Shown here piece after piece: positions 16,666 through 24,630 of a stretch of DNA of 24,630 bases. Origin of the DNA: Bdellovibrionales bacterium (GTDB lineage: Bacteria > Bdellovibrionota > Bdellovibrionia > Bdellovibrionales > JAMPXM01). Position 1 is the first letter of the stretch; every line of letters starts with the position of its first letter. The stretch is from NCBI GenBank assembly GCA_005793615.1, contig SXRI01000292.1, forward strand, positions 1 through 24,630, given 5' to 3'. The notes beneath the pieces were generated by a model, which saw only the letters and a program-made list of their open reading frames with translations, searched no databases and had not been told where the DNA came from. Made by a program: the position numbers and the translations under genes.

Positions 16666-16766
16666 TACCGCCGGTGCTGGTGTCAGTTTTGCCGGCACGT
16701 TGCGCTTTTGCCCCCCTCAGTTTAGGTTCGCCTCCAGATTCAAACCATCAATTCGGGAGAACTTAT

Positions 16767-17054
16767 ATGATGTCTGCTTGTATGATGTCTTTGGTTAAAG
16801 CCACGGCACTTCCTTTAGTCACTTTTGCCATTACTTTGGCAATGAGCTCGTCCGCACACGCGGGGGCAGGAAAGTACGTATGTTCAGCGACATGCGCAAC
16901 CACCGCTGGTGGCAGCCACTGTGTCGCTAATGCTGATCCAGCTGATGTCGCAAGAACGCTGAACAAATTGAAGTGCGACACCGACAAGCCCTTTACAGTA
17001 AGCCCGGCACCAGCGGAGAGCGTCCTGACGATGATTTGTTGCGTACAAAGATAA
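16767..17054 (+). CDS. Small secreted cysteine-rich protein (95 aa; about 63 aa mature with 6 Cys)
   Basis: SD GGGAG 7-8 nt before ATG16767. Signal peptide ends in SAHA; mature GAGKYVCSATC...MICCVQR. Confidence 0.75.
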   Translation: MMSACMMSLVKATALPLVTFAITLAMSSSAHAGAGKYVCSATCATTAGGSHCVANADPADVARTLNKLKCDTDKPFTVSPAPAESVLTMICCVQR

Positions 17055-17060
17055 TGTGAC

Positions 17061-17115
17061 GGTTCTGCGCATTACCGCGCAGACCACGGCACCACTACAT
17101 GATGTTAGTGGTGCC
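17061..17115. other. Two adjacent stem-loops downstream of the miniprotein gene
   Basis: TCTGCGC/GCGCAGA (17064-17083, 7 bp) and perfect GGCACCACTA/TAGTGGTGCC (17088-17115, 10 bp). Confidence 0.7.
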
Positions 17116-17122
17116 AAGCGAC

Positions 17123-17143
17123 TAAAAGGCGAAACCCCGCCCG
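17123..17143 (-). terminator. Rho-independent terminator of dusB-typA
   Basis: Minus strand GGGCGG-GGTT-TCGCCT followed by TTT, directly after the typA TAA (17146-17144). Confidence 0.55.
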
Positions 17144-18967
17144 TTAACTCTCAACGGCGGCGCGTTTGCGCTTATGCGGATCGAGCTCACGGCAGCGGAT
17201 ACGGATCGCCTTAGGTGTGACCTCGACGCATTCATCGTCGTTGATCCATTCCATAGCTTGCTCGAGTGTAAGCGGCTTGATCGGCGTCAGTTTGATCGCT
17301 TCATCCGAACCCGACGCACGCACGTTGGTGAGTTTTTTCTCGCGCGAAACGTTGACCACGAGGTCGTTCTCTTTCGCATGCTCACCGATAATCATACCTT
17401 CATAGCACTCGGTAACCGGCAAAATGAAGTGGCGACCACGCTCTTCGAGATACCAAAGAGCATAAGCCGTCGAGAAACCTTTGCGGTCGGCGATCATCGC
17501 GCCATTCATCCGATGAGTCATCTCACCCTTGAAGGTGTCGTAGCCGGCGAAATGAGTGTTCAAAAGTCCTGTGCCACGAGTGTCGGTCAAAAATTCTGAA
17601 CGATAGCCGATCAAACCGCGTGCAGGAATATAGAACTCTAGACGAACGCGTCCCGAGCCTTTGTTCGACATTCCGGTCATAATGCCTTTGCGACGGCCGA
17701 GCTTCTCGGTCACCACGCCGGTATAGGCCTCGGCGACGTCAACAACGACATTCTCCATCGGTTCTTTTTTAACGCCATCTTCAGTTCTGAAGACGACCGT
17801 CGGCTTACCAACAACCAGCTCAAAGCCCTCGCGACGCATGGTTTCAACCAAAACACCAAGCTGCAGTTCCCCTCGGCCGAAAACCTTGAAGGTCTCGGGC
17901 GAGTTTGTCGGCTCCATGCGGATAGCGACGTTATACAGAAGCTCGCGCTCAAGGCGTTCGAGGATCTTTCGCGAAGTGACCTGCTTGCCTTCGAGACCGG
18001 CAAACGGTCCATCATTAACCGACAAAGTGATCGCGACGGTCGGCTCTTCAACCTTCAGGCGCGGCAGCGGCGTCGGCTTGGCTGGCGAGACGATACTATC
18101 GCCAATGTTGATTTCCTCAAATCCCGCGAGAATAGCAATGTCGCCGGCAGGAACTTCCGTCGTCGGAACCTGCTTCAGGCCTTCATAACGGAAAAGTGCC
18201 GACACCTTGGTTTTCTTGGTGCGATCGCCTTCATAAAACACCATGACCTCGTCGCCCTGGTGAATGACGCCGTTACGAACCCGGCCGATACCGAGACGGC
18301 CGACGTAATCGTTATAATCGATGTTGGCGACCATCATCTGTAGCGGTGCCGAAATATCGAACTTCGGCGCCGGGAACTTATTGATGATCCAATCGTAAAG
18401 TATCGACAAGTCTTCAGTCTTTACGTTCGGATCGAGAGTCGCATAACCTTCACGTGCAACCGCGTACACGACCGGAAAATCCGCTTGTTCTTCGGTCGCA
18501 TCCAAATCGATGAAAAGATCGAAGACTTCGTTCAAGACTTCGGTTACGCGCGCGTCCGGGCGGTCAATCTTGTTGATACAAACGATGACCTTTAGCTCGA
18601 GCTCAAGCGCCTTCTTCAAAACGAATCGCGTCTGCGGAAGTGGGCCTTCAGAGGCATCAACGAGCAAGAACACGCCGTCGACCATGGTCAACGCGCGCTC
18701 AACCTCACCACCAAAATCCGCGTGCCCGGGAGTGTCGACGATGTTGATGCGATGACCTTCGTGCATGAACGACGCGTTCTTCGCCGCGATCGTGATCCCG
18801 CGCTCTTTTTCGAGGTCCATGGAATCCATGACCCGTTCGGCGACGTGCTCGTTCTGACGGAACATACCGCTCTGACGGAGCAAGTGGTCAACCAACGTGG
18901 TTTTGCCGTGGTCGACGTGTGCGATGATTGCGATATTTCGAATTTTATCAGGTGTAATATTATCCAT
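17144..18967 (-). CDS. typA: Translational GTPase TypA/BipA
   Basis: IAHVDHGKTT, MDSMDLEKERGITI, DTPGHADFGGEVER, NKID, GRGELQL, GEHAKENDLVVN, RASGSDEA and VEVTPKAIRIR; 607 aa. Confidence 0.98.
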   Translation of the reverse strand: MDNITPDKIRNIAIIAHVDHGKTTLVDHLLRQSGMFRQNEHVAERVMDSMDLEKERGITIAAKNASFMHEGHRINIVDTPGHADFGGEVERALTMVDGVFLLVDASEGPLPQTRFVLKKALELELKVIVCINKIDRPDARVTEVLNEVFDLFIDLDATEEQADFPVVYAVAREGYATLDPNVKTEDLSILYDWIINKFPAPKFDISAPLQMMVANIDYNDYVGRLGIGRVRNGVIHQGDEVMVFYEGDRTKKTKVSALFRYEGLKQVPTTEVPAGDIAILAGFEEINIGDSIVSPAKPTPLPRLKVEEPTVAITLSVNDGPFAGLEGKQVTSRKILERLERELLYNVAIRMEPTNSPETFKVFGRGELQLGVLVETMRREGFELVVGKPTVVFRTEDGVKKEPMENVVVDVAEAYTGVVTEKLGRRKGIMTGMSNKGSGRVRLEFYIPARGLIGYRSEFLTDTRGTGLLNTHFAGYDTFKGEMTHRMNGAMIADRKGFSTAYALWYLEERGRHFILPVTECYEGMIIGEHAKENDLVVNVSREKKLTNVRASGSDEAIKLTPIKPLTLEQAMEWINDDECVEVTPKAIRIRCRELDPHKRKRAAVES

Positions 18968-20000
18968 GTCCGCCCATTAAAAATGCTTCTTGGCTGGTAT
19001 CCGCTTGCGCCACTGGCTGTAGTCCGTCGCACAGTTCACTGAAGAACGCCAGCGTCATGTTCATTGCTTCTTCCAAAGAACGAGTCTGAAAGATGCTTTT
19101 GCGGAATTGCGAAGCCCCAGGATACCCGGAAGAGTACCACGAAGCAAACTTCTTGATCTGTAACAAGGTTATCTTTTCGTCAACAAGGCCCTCAAACGCC
19201 TGGCGAAGCCGTAGAAAGAGCTGAATGAAGTCCCGGACGCCATTATTTTGCTCCTGGGGAGCGCCGCTGTAGAGCTCGAGTGCCTCTTTGAAGATCCATG
19301 GGTTCTTTAGGCACCCCCGGCCGATCATCACACCTTCACAACCCGATTCGCGTAAACGCTGAACGGCGGCTGCGCCAGAGTGGATATCACCGTTGCCAAT
19401 GATCGGAATCTTCGACTTCGCCTTCACCTCAGAGATGTAGTTCCAATCAGCGGCCCCTGAATAGCCGGCGGCACGGGTGCGGCCATGAATTGCCACCCAC
19501 GTTAGACCTTCGTTATAGGCGATGTTCGCGACCTCGATGGCATTGCGCGAAGGCTCATCCCAGCCGGTACGGATCTTCACCGTCACCGGCAAGTCCGTGG
19601 CCGACCTGACCGCGCGAAAAACTCGCTCCACTTGCGGAAGATCCTTGAGCATCGCACTGCCGCCACCCTTCTTAACGACCTTAGGCACCGGGCAGCCGAA
19701 GTTAAGATCCACAAAATCAGCCCCCGATGCCTCAACCACTTTTGCCGCCGAAGCCAATACCTCGGGGGTATCGCCAAAGAGCTGTAGACCCACGGGCCGC
19801 TGAACCGGTTCGAAAGCCATGAGTTGCAGGGTGCGATGGCTCTTGTGTTCAATCCCGTGAGCTGAAACCAACTCACTAATGACAACCCCGCACCCGAGTT
19901 CACGCATGAAAGTGCGGAAACACGAATCGGTAATGCCGGCCATTGGCGCCAACACAAACGGGTTTTCCCGTAGAGCCTTGAGAAGAAGTTCGTTAGTCAT
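18960..20000 (-). CDS. dusB: tRNA-dihydrouridine synthase (DusB-like)
   Basis: LAPMAGITD, QLFG, VDLNFGCPVPKV, VTVKIRTGWD, AIHGRTR, IGNGDI and GVMIGRG. Start ATG20000 (GTG20012 possible). 8-nt overlap with typA. Confidence 0.93.
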   Translation of the reverse strand: MTNELLLKALRENPFVLAPMAGITDSCFRTFMRELGCGVVISELVSAHGIEHKSHRTLQLMAFEPVQRPVGLQLFGDTPEVLASAAKVVEASGADFVDLNFGCPVPKVVKKGGGSAMLKDLPQVERVFRAVRSATDLPVTVKIRTGWDEPSRNAIEVANIAYNEGLTWVAIHGRTRAAGYSGAADWNYISEVKAKSKIPIIGNGDIHSGAAAVQRLRESGCEGVMIGRGCLKNPWIFKEALELYSGAPQEQNNGVRDFIQLFLRLRQAFEGLVDEKITLLQIKKFASWYSSGYPGASQFRKSIFQTRSLEEAMNMTLAFFSELCDGLQPVAQADTSQEAFLMGGHG

Positions 20001-20152
20001 TGGAGTTTTCACACTTGGTTTATAGGGGTCCTTGTAGCCGATCTCCTTGCTTCTCAGCAAGGGCCATTGCAGACTATTCAAAAATTAACTGCAACATTCG
20101 CAACATTTCCGCTTATTTACACATTTATACACGACTGCGGGGCCGTTGTTTT

Positions 20153-21181
20153 ATGGCGAAGACAAAAGCGCAACCTCTCAAACAAAAGTGGAAACAAAAG
20201 AGCGGCGTCACCATTGGCCTTGACCTCGGCGGAACGAAGCTGGCGGCGGCACTTGTTGATTCTCACGGTAAAGTTCTACGCATTGTTGTTCGTCCTACCG
20301 TGCCGGTGGATCTTGCCGAGCAAGACCCAAGAGCCCTCACCGCTTCGACCCCAGCGGCAGTCAAACGCCATATCGGCTACGTGGTCGCAGCCATGGCGGA
20401 TGCAGCACTTGAAGTCCTTGGCGACACTCCTCAATCACGCCTCATCGGAATCGGCTTGGCCTCTGCAGGCCCGATGAATATTGAAGAGGGTACGCTTCAC
20501 TATCCTGCCAATTTCAAGGGTTGGAAGCACGTTGCGCTCGTGAGCCTCTTAACGACCGCATTGTTGAAACGTGGTTTGAAAAAACCGGTGAGTTTTCAAA
20601 ACGACGCCATTGCCGCCGCCCTTGGTGAAGGCTGGGTGGGGCAAGCGAAGGACTGTAATACCTACGCGATGATCACTGTTGGCACCGGCATCGGCACCGG
20701 AGTCATTCTCAATGGTCGACCGGCTCAATCCGCGGGAATGGGCTCGGAGTGGGGGCATCTTCTTGTGGCTGCCCCTGGGCTGGCGGCAGATCCTGAATCG
20801 TGCAACTCTCGCGAAGTCGAGGGCATTGCCAGTGGCACGGGTTTGGTTCGCAGGGCGCAAGCCCAAGGTTTAGGCTTTACTTCGGCGCACGCCCTTGCGG
20901 AAGCGGCTCGTGCCGGCGACAAGCGCGCCCAGAAACTCTTTGACGAGGCCGCAGAAGCTTTGGCCGCCCTTCTTTACAGTTTGTCGCTTGGCTTTCATCC
21001 AGAGAAGTTCGTCGTCGCTGGTGGTATGCTCGCGACCAAGGACCTATTTATGAAACGCACAATTTCTCTATATCAAGATTGGATTCAGAGAAAAAATCCG
21101 CTATTTGTAGCCCCGATTCGCATTTCACGTCTGGGTAATCAGGCAGGAGCAATCGGCGCTGCCCGACTTCCCCTGCTCTAA
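20153..21181 (+). CDS. ROK-family sugar kinase (glucokinase-like)
   Basis: IGLDLGGTK, GIGLASAGP, FQNDAIAAALGE, ITVGTGIGTGVILNG, GSEWGH and VVAGG. Start reassigned to ATG20153. Confidence 0.9.
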   Translation: MAKTKAQPLKQKWKQKSGVTIGLDLGGTKLAAALVDSHGKVLRIVVRPTVPVDLAEQDPRALTASTPAAVKRHIGYVVAAMADAALEVLGDTPQSRLIGIGLASAGPMNIEEGTLHYPANFKGWKHVALVSLLTTALLKRGLKKPVSFQNDAIAAALGEGWVGQAKDCNTYAMITVGTGIGTGVILNGRPAQSAGMGSEWGHLLVAAPGLAADPESCNSREVEGIASGTGLVRRAQAQGLGFTSAHALAEAARAGDKRAQKLFDEAAEALAALLYSLSLGFHPEKFVVAGGMLATKDLFMKRTISLYQDWIQRKNPLFVAPIRISRLGNQAGAIGAARLPLL

Positions 21182-21289
21182 CGAAGGTCTGTCTTTAGCT
21201 AACCCACTGCACACGGCCTTGAACTTTGGCGCACAATGGCGAATTATGAAATTTAGCCAATTTTGTCGCGTCGTTTGAAAGGAATATGC

Positions 21290-22528
21290 ATGGCGAAATC
21301 TTTCGAGAAAATCAAGGTACAGAATCCGGTTGTTGAGCTCGATGGCGACGAGATGACTCGTATCATTTGGAGTTTCATCCGCGAAAAACTCATCAAACCT
21401 TATCTCGAAATCGACCTGAAGTACTTTGATCTCGGCATGGAATATCGCGATAAAACCAACGACGAAGTCACTGTCGCCTCGGCTGAAGCGATCAAAAAAT
21501 ACGGCGTCGGTGTCAAATGCGCGACCATCACTCCCGATGAAGCACGCGTAAAAGAATTCAATCTCAAACAGATGTGGAAGTCGCCCAACGGGACGATCCG
21601 CAATATTCTCGACGGCACGGTTTTCCGTGAACCGATTATCTGCAAGAATGTTCCCCGCCTCGTTCCTGGTTGGAACAAACCGATCTGCATCGGTCGTCAC
21701 GCGTTCGGCGATCAGTATAAGGCCACCGACTTCGTGACCAAGGGTAAGGGAAAACTCACCATCACCTTCGAGGGTGAGAACGTCGAAAAACAAACCCACC
21801 ACGTCTATGACTTCAAGGGCGATGGTGTTGCGATGGCCATGTACAACACCGACGAGTCTATCCGCGGCTTCGCGCGTTCGTGTTTCAATATGGCTTTGCA
21901 AAAAAGCTGGCCGCTTTATTTCTCTTCGAAGAATACGATTTTGAAAAAATACGACGGTCGTTTTAAAGATATCTTCCAAGAAATCTACGAGAAGGATTTC
22001 AAAACGAAGTTCGAGGCCGCGAAAATTACTTACGAACATCGTCTGATCGATGACATGGTAGCCTCAGCTCTGAAGTGGGAAGGCGCTTTTGTGTGGGCGT
22101 GCAAAAACTACGACGGTGATGTGCAGTCCGATACCGTCGCACAGGGCTTCGGTTCTCTTGGCCTAATGACTTCTGTTTTGGTGACTCCCGATGGAAAAAC
22201 AATGGAAGCCGAAGCTGCGCACGGTACGGTCACACGGCACTACCGTATGCATCAACAGGGTAAACCAACTTCGACCAACCCCATTGCCTCGATTTTCGCG
22301 TGGACACGCGGTCTTGCATTCCGAGGTGAACTCGACGGCAATCAGGCTTTGGTCAATTTCGCGCACACGCTCGAAAAGGTTTGTGTGTCGACAGTTGAAG
22401 CGGGCCAAATGACTAAAGACCTTGCAATGTTGGTTCACGGCGACAAGGTCAGACCGGATCAGTACCTGAATACCGAACCCTTTTTGGATGCGCTCGATAA
22501 AAACTTGCGCACTGCTTTGCAAGGTTAA
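21290..22528 (+). CDS. icd: NADP-dependent isocitrate dehydrogenase (eukaryote-like dimeric subfamily)
   Basis: [66 protein letters not shown] and [20 protein letters not shown] before ATG21290. Confidence 0.98.
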   Translation: MAKSFEKIKVQNPVVELDGDEMTRIIWSFIREKLIKPYLEIDLKYFDLGMEYRDKTNDEVTVASAEAIKKYGVGVKCATITPDEARVKEFNLKQMWKSPNGTIRNILDGTVFREPIICKNVPRLVPGWNKPICIGRHAFGDQYKATDFVTKGKGKLTITFEGENVEKQTHHVYDFKGDGVAMAMYNTDESIRGFARSCFNMALQKSWPLYFSSKNTILKKYDGRFKDIFQEIYEKDFKTKFEAAKITYEHRLIDDMVASALKWEGAFVWACKNYDGDVQSDTVAQGFGSLGLMTSVLVTPDGKTMEAEAAHGTVTRHYRMHQQGKPTSTNPIASIFAWTRGLAFRGELDGNQALVNFAHTLEKVCVSTVEAGQMTKDLAMLVHGDKVRPDQYLNTEPFLDALDKNLRTALQG

Positions 22529-24276
22529 TTGCGAACAAAGAGTTCTTTGCACATTTGTCGCCGAAGGCCCGGCACATTTACGCGCTCAGCCCAGAAGTCG
22601 GTGGTGTTTTTCACCACCTTGGCTGTTTCTGCGGCTGTTTCTGTGGCTGTTTCTGTGGCTGTTTCTGCGGTTGCAATGCCTAGCTTTTCCTTCAGAACGG
22701 CAAATCGATCTTGAATCTTTTGATCGAGACCAGGGGCGCGTTTGGCGACTTTATCGCTCACCTTGAGGTAGAGTTCATGGGTGGCAACGACAGACTTGCT
22801 AAAGCTATCGATCGCTAAAGTATTCACTTTCGCACGATACCGGCTCCATGCCTCTTTCAAGACGGTATTTCTCTCTTCCGGAGATTTTTTCGCCAAAGCC
22901 TGGAGGTCGCGATAGGCGCTGGCAGTTCGCGCGCGCATACCTGTGACAGCGTCGACAATCGCACGGTTCTTTGCGCGAAATTTTTTCAACACTTCCTGAC
23001 CTTCGTCAGTTGCGAGAAATTTTGTCGGCGACAAGAAACGACGCGGAGATTCCGCCAGAATCAGATCACGGAGTAGCTCAAGGTCGCCGTCTTGCTTATC
23101 ATGTTTCACGCTTCCTGAAGACGCGAACGTCTGCAGCATCTTGACCGCGCCTTCAAAACCGTACGCATGTTCACGTGCGGCCAGAGGCTCCAAGCCGCCG
23201 ATCAAGCGAATCGACTTGAATTTTTCAGCTATTTCGGGATTGGTGTCGACCAGATTAGAAAGACTGAGTACTTCACTCAAGACTTCATCACCACCACCAA
23301 AGACCGACGCCTCAATTGCTCCTGAACGTGGTGCCAGACCCTTGACGAGATCGTCGATATGCGACCAGGATCGCGGGGTCAACAACGTGAAATCAAGTCC
23401 TCGGGTAAGATTATCAAGGCTCCGCGGAGTCTCGGCATGGAAGTTCGTTTGCAGAGCTATAAATAGAGTATCGGCCGCCGGCAACTTGCCCTCGTTACGC
23501 AATTTCTGAAGAGCCTCTGACATCAAGCCGCCAAAGCCGTCTTCTTGACCCAAAACTAGGAAAACATGCTTTCCATTGGGCGCATCACTAACCACTTTGA
23601 GAAGTCGCTTCTCGATTTCTTTTTGCGCCTTCTCTTTGTTTTTAAAACCCCAGCGATAGCCAAATTCAAGATGTAAGCGAAACGGTGCATCAGCAAACTG
23701 GGATTTTACTAAGTTCTCTAGTTCCTGCGGATCAGAGGAAACATGGCGCAGTACTCGCGACGCCATTTCGGTGCGCAAACCGTTCCGGGCCTCGCGAGCC
23801 GCATCGTACTCACTCTGCGCGGCTTCCACCGCCTCAAGAAGACCCTTAGTTTCTGGTCCCTCGGGTAGTTCGGCGACATCGTCGCCTTCTTGCTGTTGAA
23901 AGATCTTCGCGCGCGAGAGTGCTTGTTGTTTGAGCTCCGTCAATTTCGCCTGCCCAGCTTCAGCGCGAGCCTTGTTAAGGTTCTGCTTTGCCAGCGTCAA
24001 CACTTCATCGGCGGCGGCGATTCTCTCTTCGTTTTGTTGTAGTTTTTCGTAAAGTGCGTCTGCAGAGCGCTGGCGCTGCCACAAAGGAAGCTCAAGCTGT
24101 TTGGCATCTTTTAGCCCAGCTTCCATTCGTACACGCGCCTCTTTAGAACCATCGGCAAAGTGATCTTCTTCGAAAACAATCTCCGGCACTGTTTGTCCAA
24201 ACGCCGCGACTGGTCCCTGTAAGGCGATGGTTGCTGCGACTGCGGCTAACAAGAGTTTTTCAGAAAACAGTTTCAT
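22525..24276 (-). CDS. Hypothetical secreted protein: coiled-coil N-region, probable divergent SLOG/LOG-like Rossmannoid domain, helical C-region
   Basis: Signal peptide [27 protein letters not shown]. Residues about 199-365 show alternating strands and helices with [18 protein letters not shown] and [11 protein letters not shown] loops. The stop overlaps the icd stop in a shared TTAA. Confidence 0.8.
   Translation of the reverse strand: MKLFSEKLLLAAVAATIALQGPVAAFGQTVPEIVFEEDHFADGSKEARVRMEAGLKDAKQLELPLWQRQRSADALYEKLQQNEERIAAADEVLTLAKQNLNKARAEAGQAKLTELKQQALSRAKIFQQQEGDDVAELPEGPETKGLLEAVEAAQSEYDAAREARNGLRTEMASRVLRHVSSDPQELENLVKSQFADAPFRLHLEFGYRWGFKNKEKAQKEIEKRLLKVVSDAPNGKHVFLVLGQEDGFGGLMSEALQKLRNEGKLPAADTLFIALQTNFHAETPRSLDNLTRGLDFTLLTPRSWSHIDDLVKGLAPRSGAIEASVFGGGDEVLSEVLSLSNLVDTNPEIAEKFKSIRLIGGLEPLAAREHAYGFEGAVKMLQTFASSGSVKHDKQDGDLELLRDLILAESPRRFLSPTKFLATDEGQEVLKKFRAKNRAIVDAVTGMRARTASAYRDLQALAKKSPEERNTVLKEAWSRYRAKVNTLAIDSFSKSVVATHELYLKVSDKVAKRAPGLDQKIQDRFAVLKEKLGIATAETATETATETAAETAKVVKNTTDFWAERVNVPGLRRQMCKELFVRN
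22621..22668 (-). repeat. In-frame 12-bp coding VNTR, four copies, encoding (A/T)ETA
   Basis: Plus strand GGCTGTTTCTG(C/T) x4; protein [16 protein letters not shown]. Confidence 0.92.
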
Positions 24277-24330
24277 ATCGATGAGCCTCGTGCTTTGTCG
24301 GGAGTTTTTTACACACTAGTAGCAAAGATG

Positions 24331-24346
24331 AGCAAAGCTTGGACCA
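24331..24346 (-). promoter_or_regulatory. Candidate sigma54 (-24/-12) promoter of the 583-aa gene
   Basis: Minus strand TGGTCCA-AGCT-TTGCT: exact GG-N10-GC with T flanks, 55 nt upstream of ATG24276. Confidence 0.55.
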
Positions 24347-24434
24347 TCCAGGCCGCACCTGGTGGTTGGCTGAATAGCCTCGTGTTATCTCATTGTTAGG
24401 TGGATCACCGCCCCTCAAAGGTGCTGCCTAAGGC

Positions 24435-24487
24435 TGTCGAAAATTTCGACAATAGCGCCTAAAAGGGCGGCCGCCTAATTTTAGACG
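24435..24487. promoter_or_regulatory. Array of three palindromes, candidate enhancer (UAS) region
   Basis: Perfect TGTCGAAA-A-TTTCGACA (24435-24451), CGCC-TAAAAG-GGCG (24456-24469) and near-palindrome CGCCTAATTTTAGACG (24472-24487). Confidence 0.45.
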
Positions 24488-24547
24488 ACGTACGGAACTT
24501 AGGGACATCGGCGGCTGTTTTTGGATTTGTTTTGGGGATCTTGGTAG

Positions 24548-24628
24548 TTAGCGAGCTGGTGGTCCAGTTGCTAGCAAGAAAGAAAGCATCTCGTCCATCT
24601 GTGTGATTTGATTTTGTTGCGACAAACC
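24548..24628 (-). CDS. Possible C-terminal end of a gene entering from beyond the window
   Basis: Open minus frame GLSQQNQITQMDEMLSFLLATGPPAR* ending in TAA at 24550-24548. Too short to confirm, and a second minus frame is also open to 24459. Confidence 0.25.
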   Translation of the reverse strand, partial: GLSQQNQITQMDEMLSFLLATGPPAR

Positions 24629-24630
24629 CA

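Noticed and set aside
16693-16711. GGCACG followed by TTGC upstream of the miniprotein gene as a sigma54 promoter
   Set aside because: The spacing is wrong: TTGC follows immediately or too far away, so GG-N10-GC is not satisfied.
16766-16790. Duplicated TATGATGTCT giving MMSAC-MMSLV
   Set aside because: A 10-nt duplication that only creates alternative start codons. It has no lipobox and no evident function.
21125-22039. 304-aa minus-strand ORF
   Set aside because: It lies antisense to the highly conserved icd, which is a typical shadow ORF produced by codon bias, and has no recognisable motifs.
112-23509. The many 60-230 aa alternative-frame and antisense ORFs in the track (e.g. 7215-7655, 10227-10907, 12258-12788, 12838-13326, 17174-17599)
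   Set aside because: All are nested in well-supported genes and lack an SD, motifs or protein-like composition.
1-24630. tRNA, rRNA, riboswitch or prophage signals
   Set aside because: No cloverleaf, rRNA-like or phage hallmark sequence was seen by eye, and the intergenic spaces are short. An Infernal scan would be needed to exclude small RNAs.

Overview
A roughly 52% GC core-chromosome window. By inference it comes from a predatory Bdellovibrionota-like bacterium, based on gene style, a eukaryote-type NADP-IDH, a short GlnE, a stand-alone flbD-motAB and several signal-peptide orphans. Gene order: C-terminal end of a TolB/PD40-like gene, glnE, secreted cyclophilin, a large secreted/membrane orphan whose frame is broken by a single TAA, a 151-aa secreted orphan, a minus-strand cNMP-binding protein-flbD-motA-motB operon, an extended SDR epimerase, a minus-strand BMP/nucleoside ABC transporter (4 genes), mtgA, a 95-aa six-Cys secreted miniprotein, minus-strand dusB-typA, a ROK kinase, icd and a 583-aa secreted orphan with a probable SLOG-like domain. 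I found no rRNA, tRNA, CRISPR array, integrase or transposase. The best leads are the in-frame TAA, the cNMP sensor coupled to the stator operon, sigma54-like promoters and TGT-N11-ACA palindromes in front of the secreted orphans, lone C-terminal cysteines, the disulfide miniprotein with a three-hairpin 3' region, and short tandem repeats at both ends of the ABC operon. All family calls are by motif recognition; no database searches were run.
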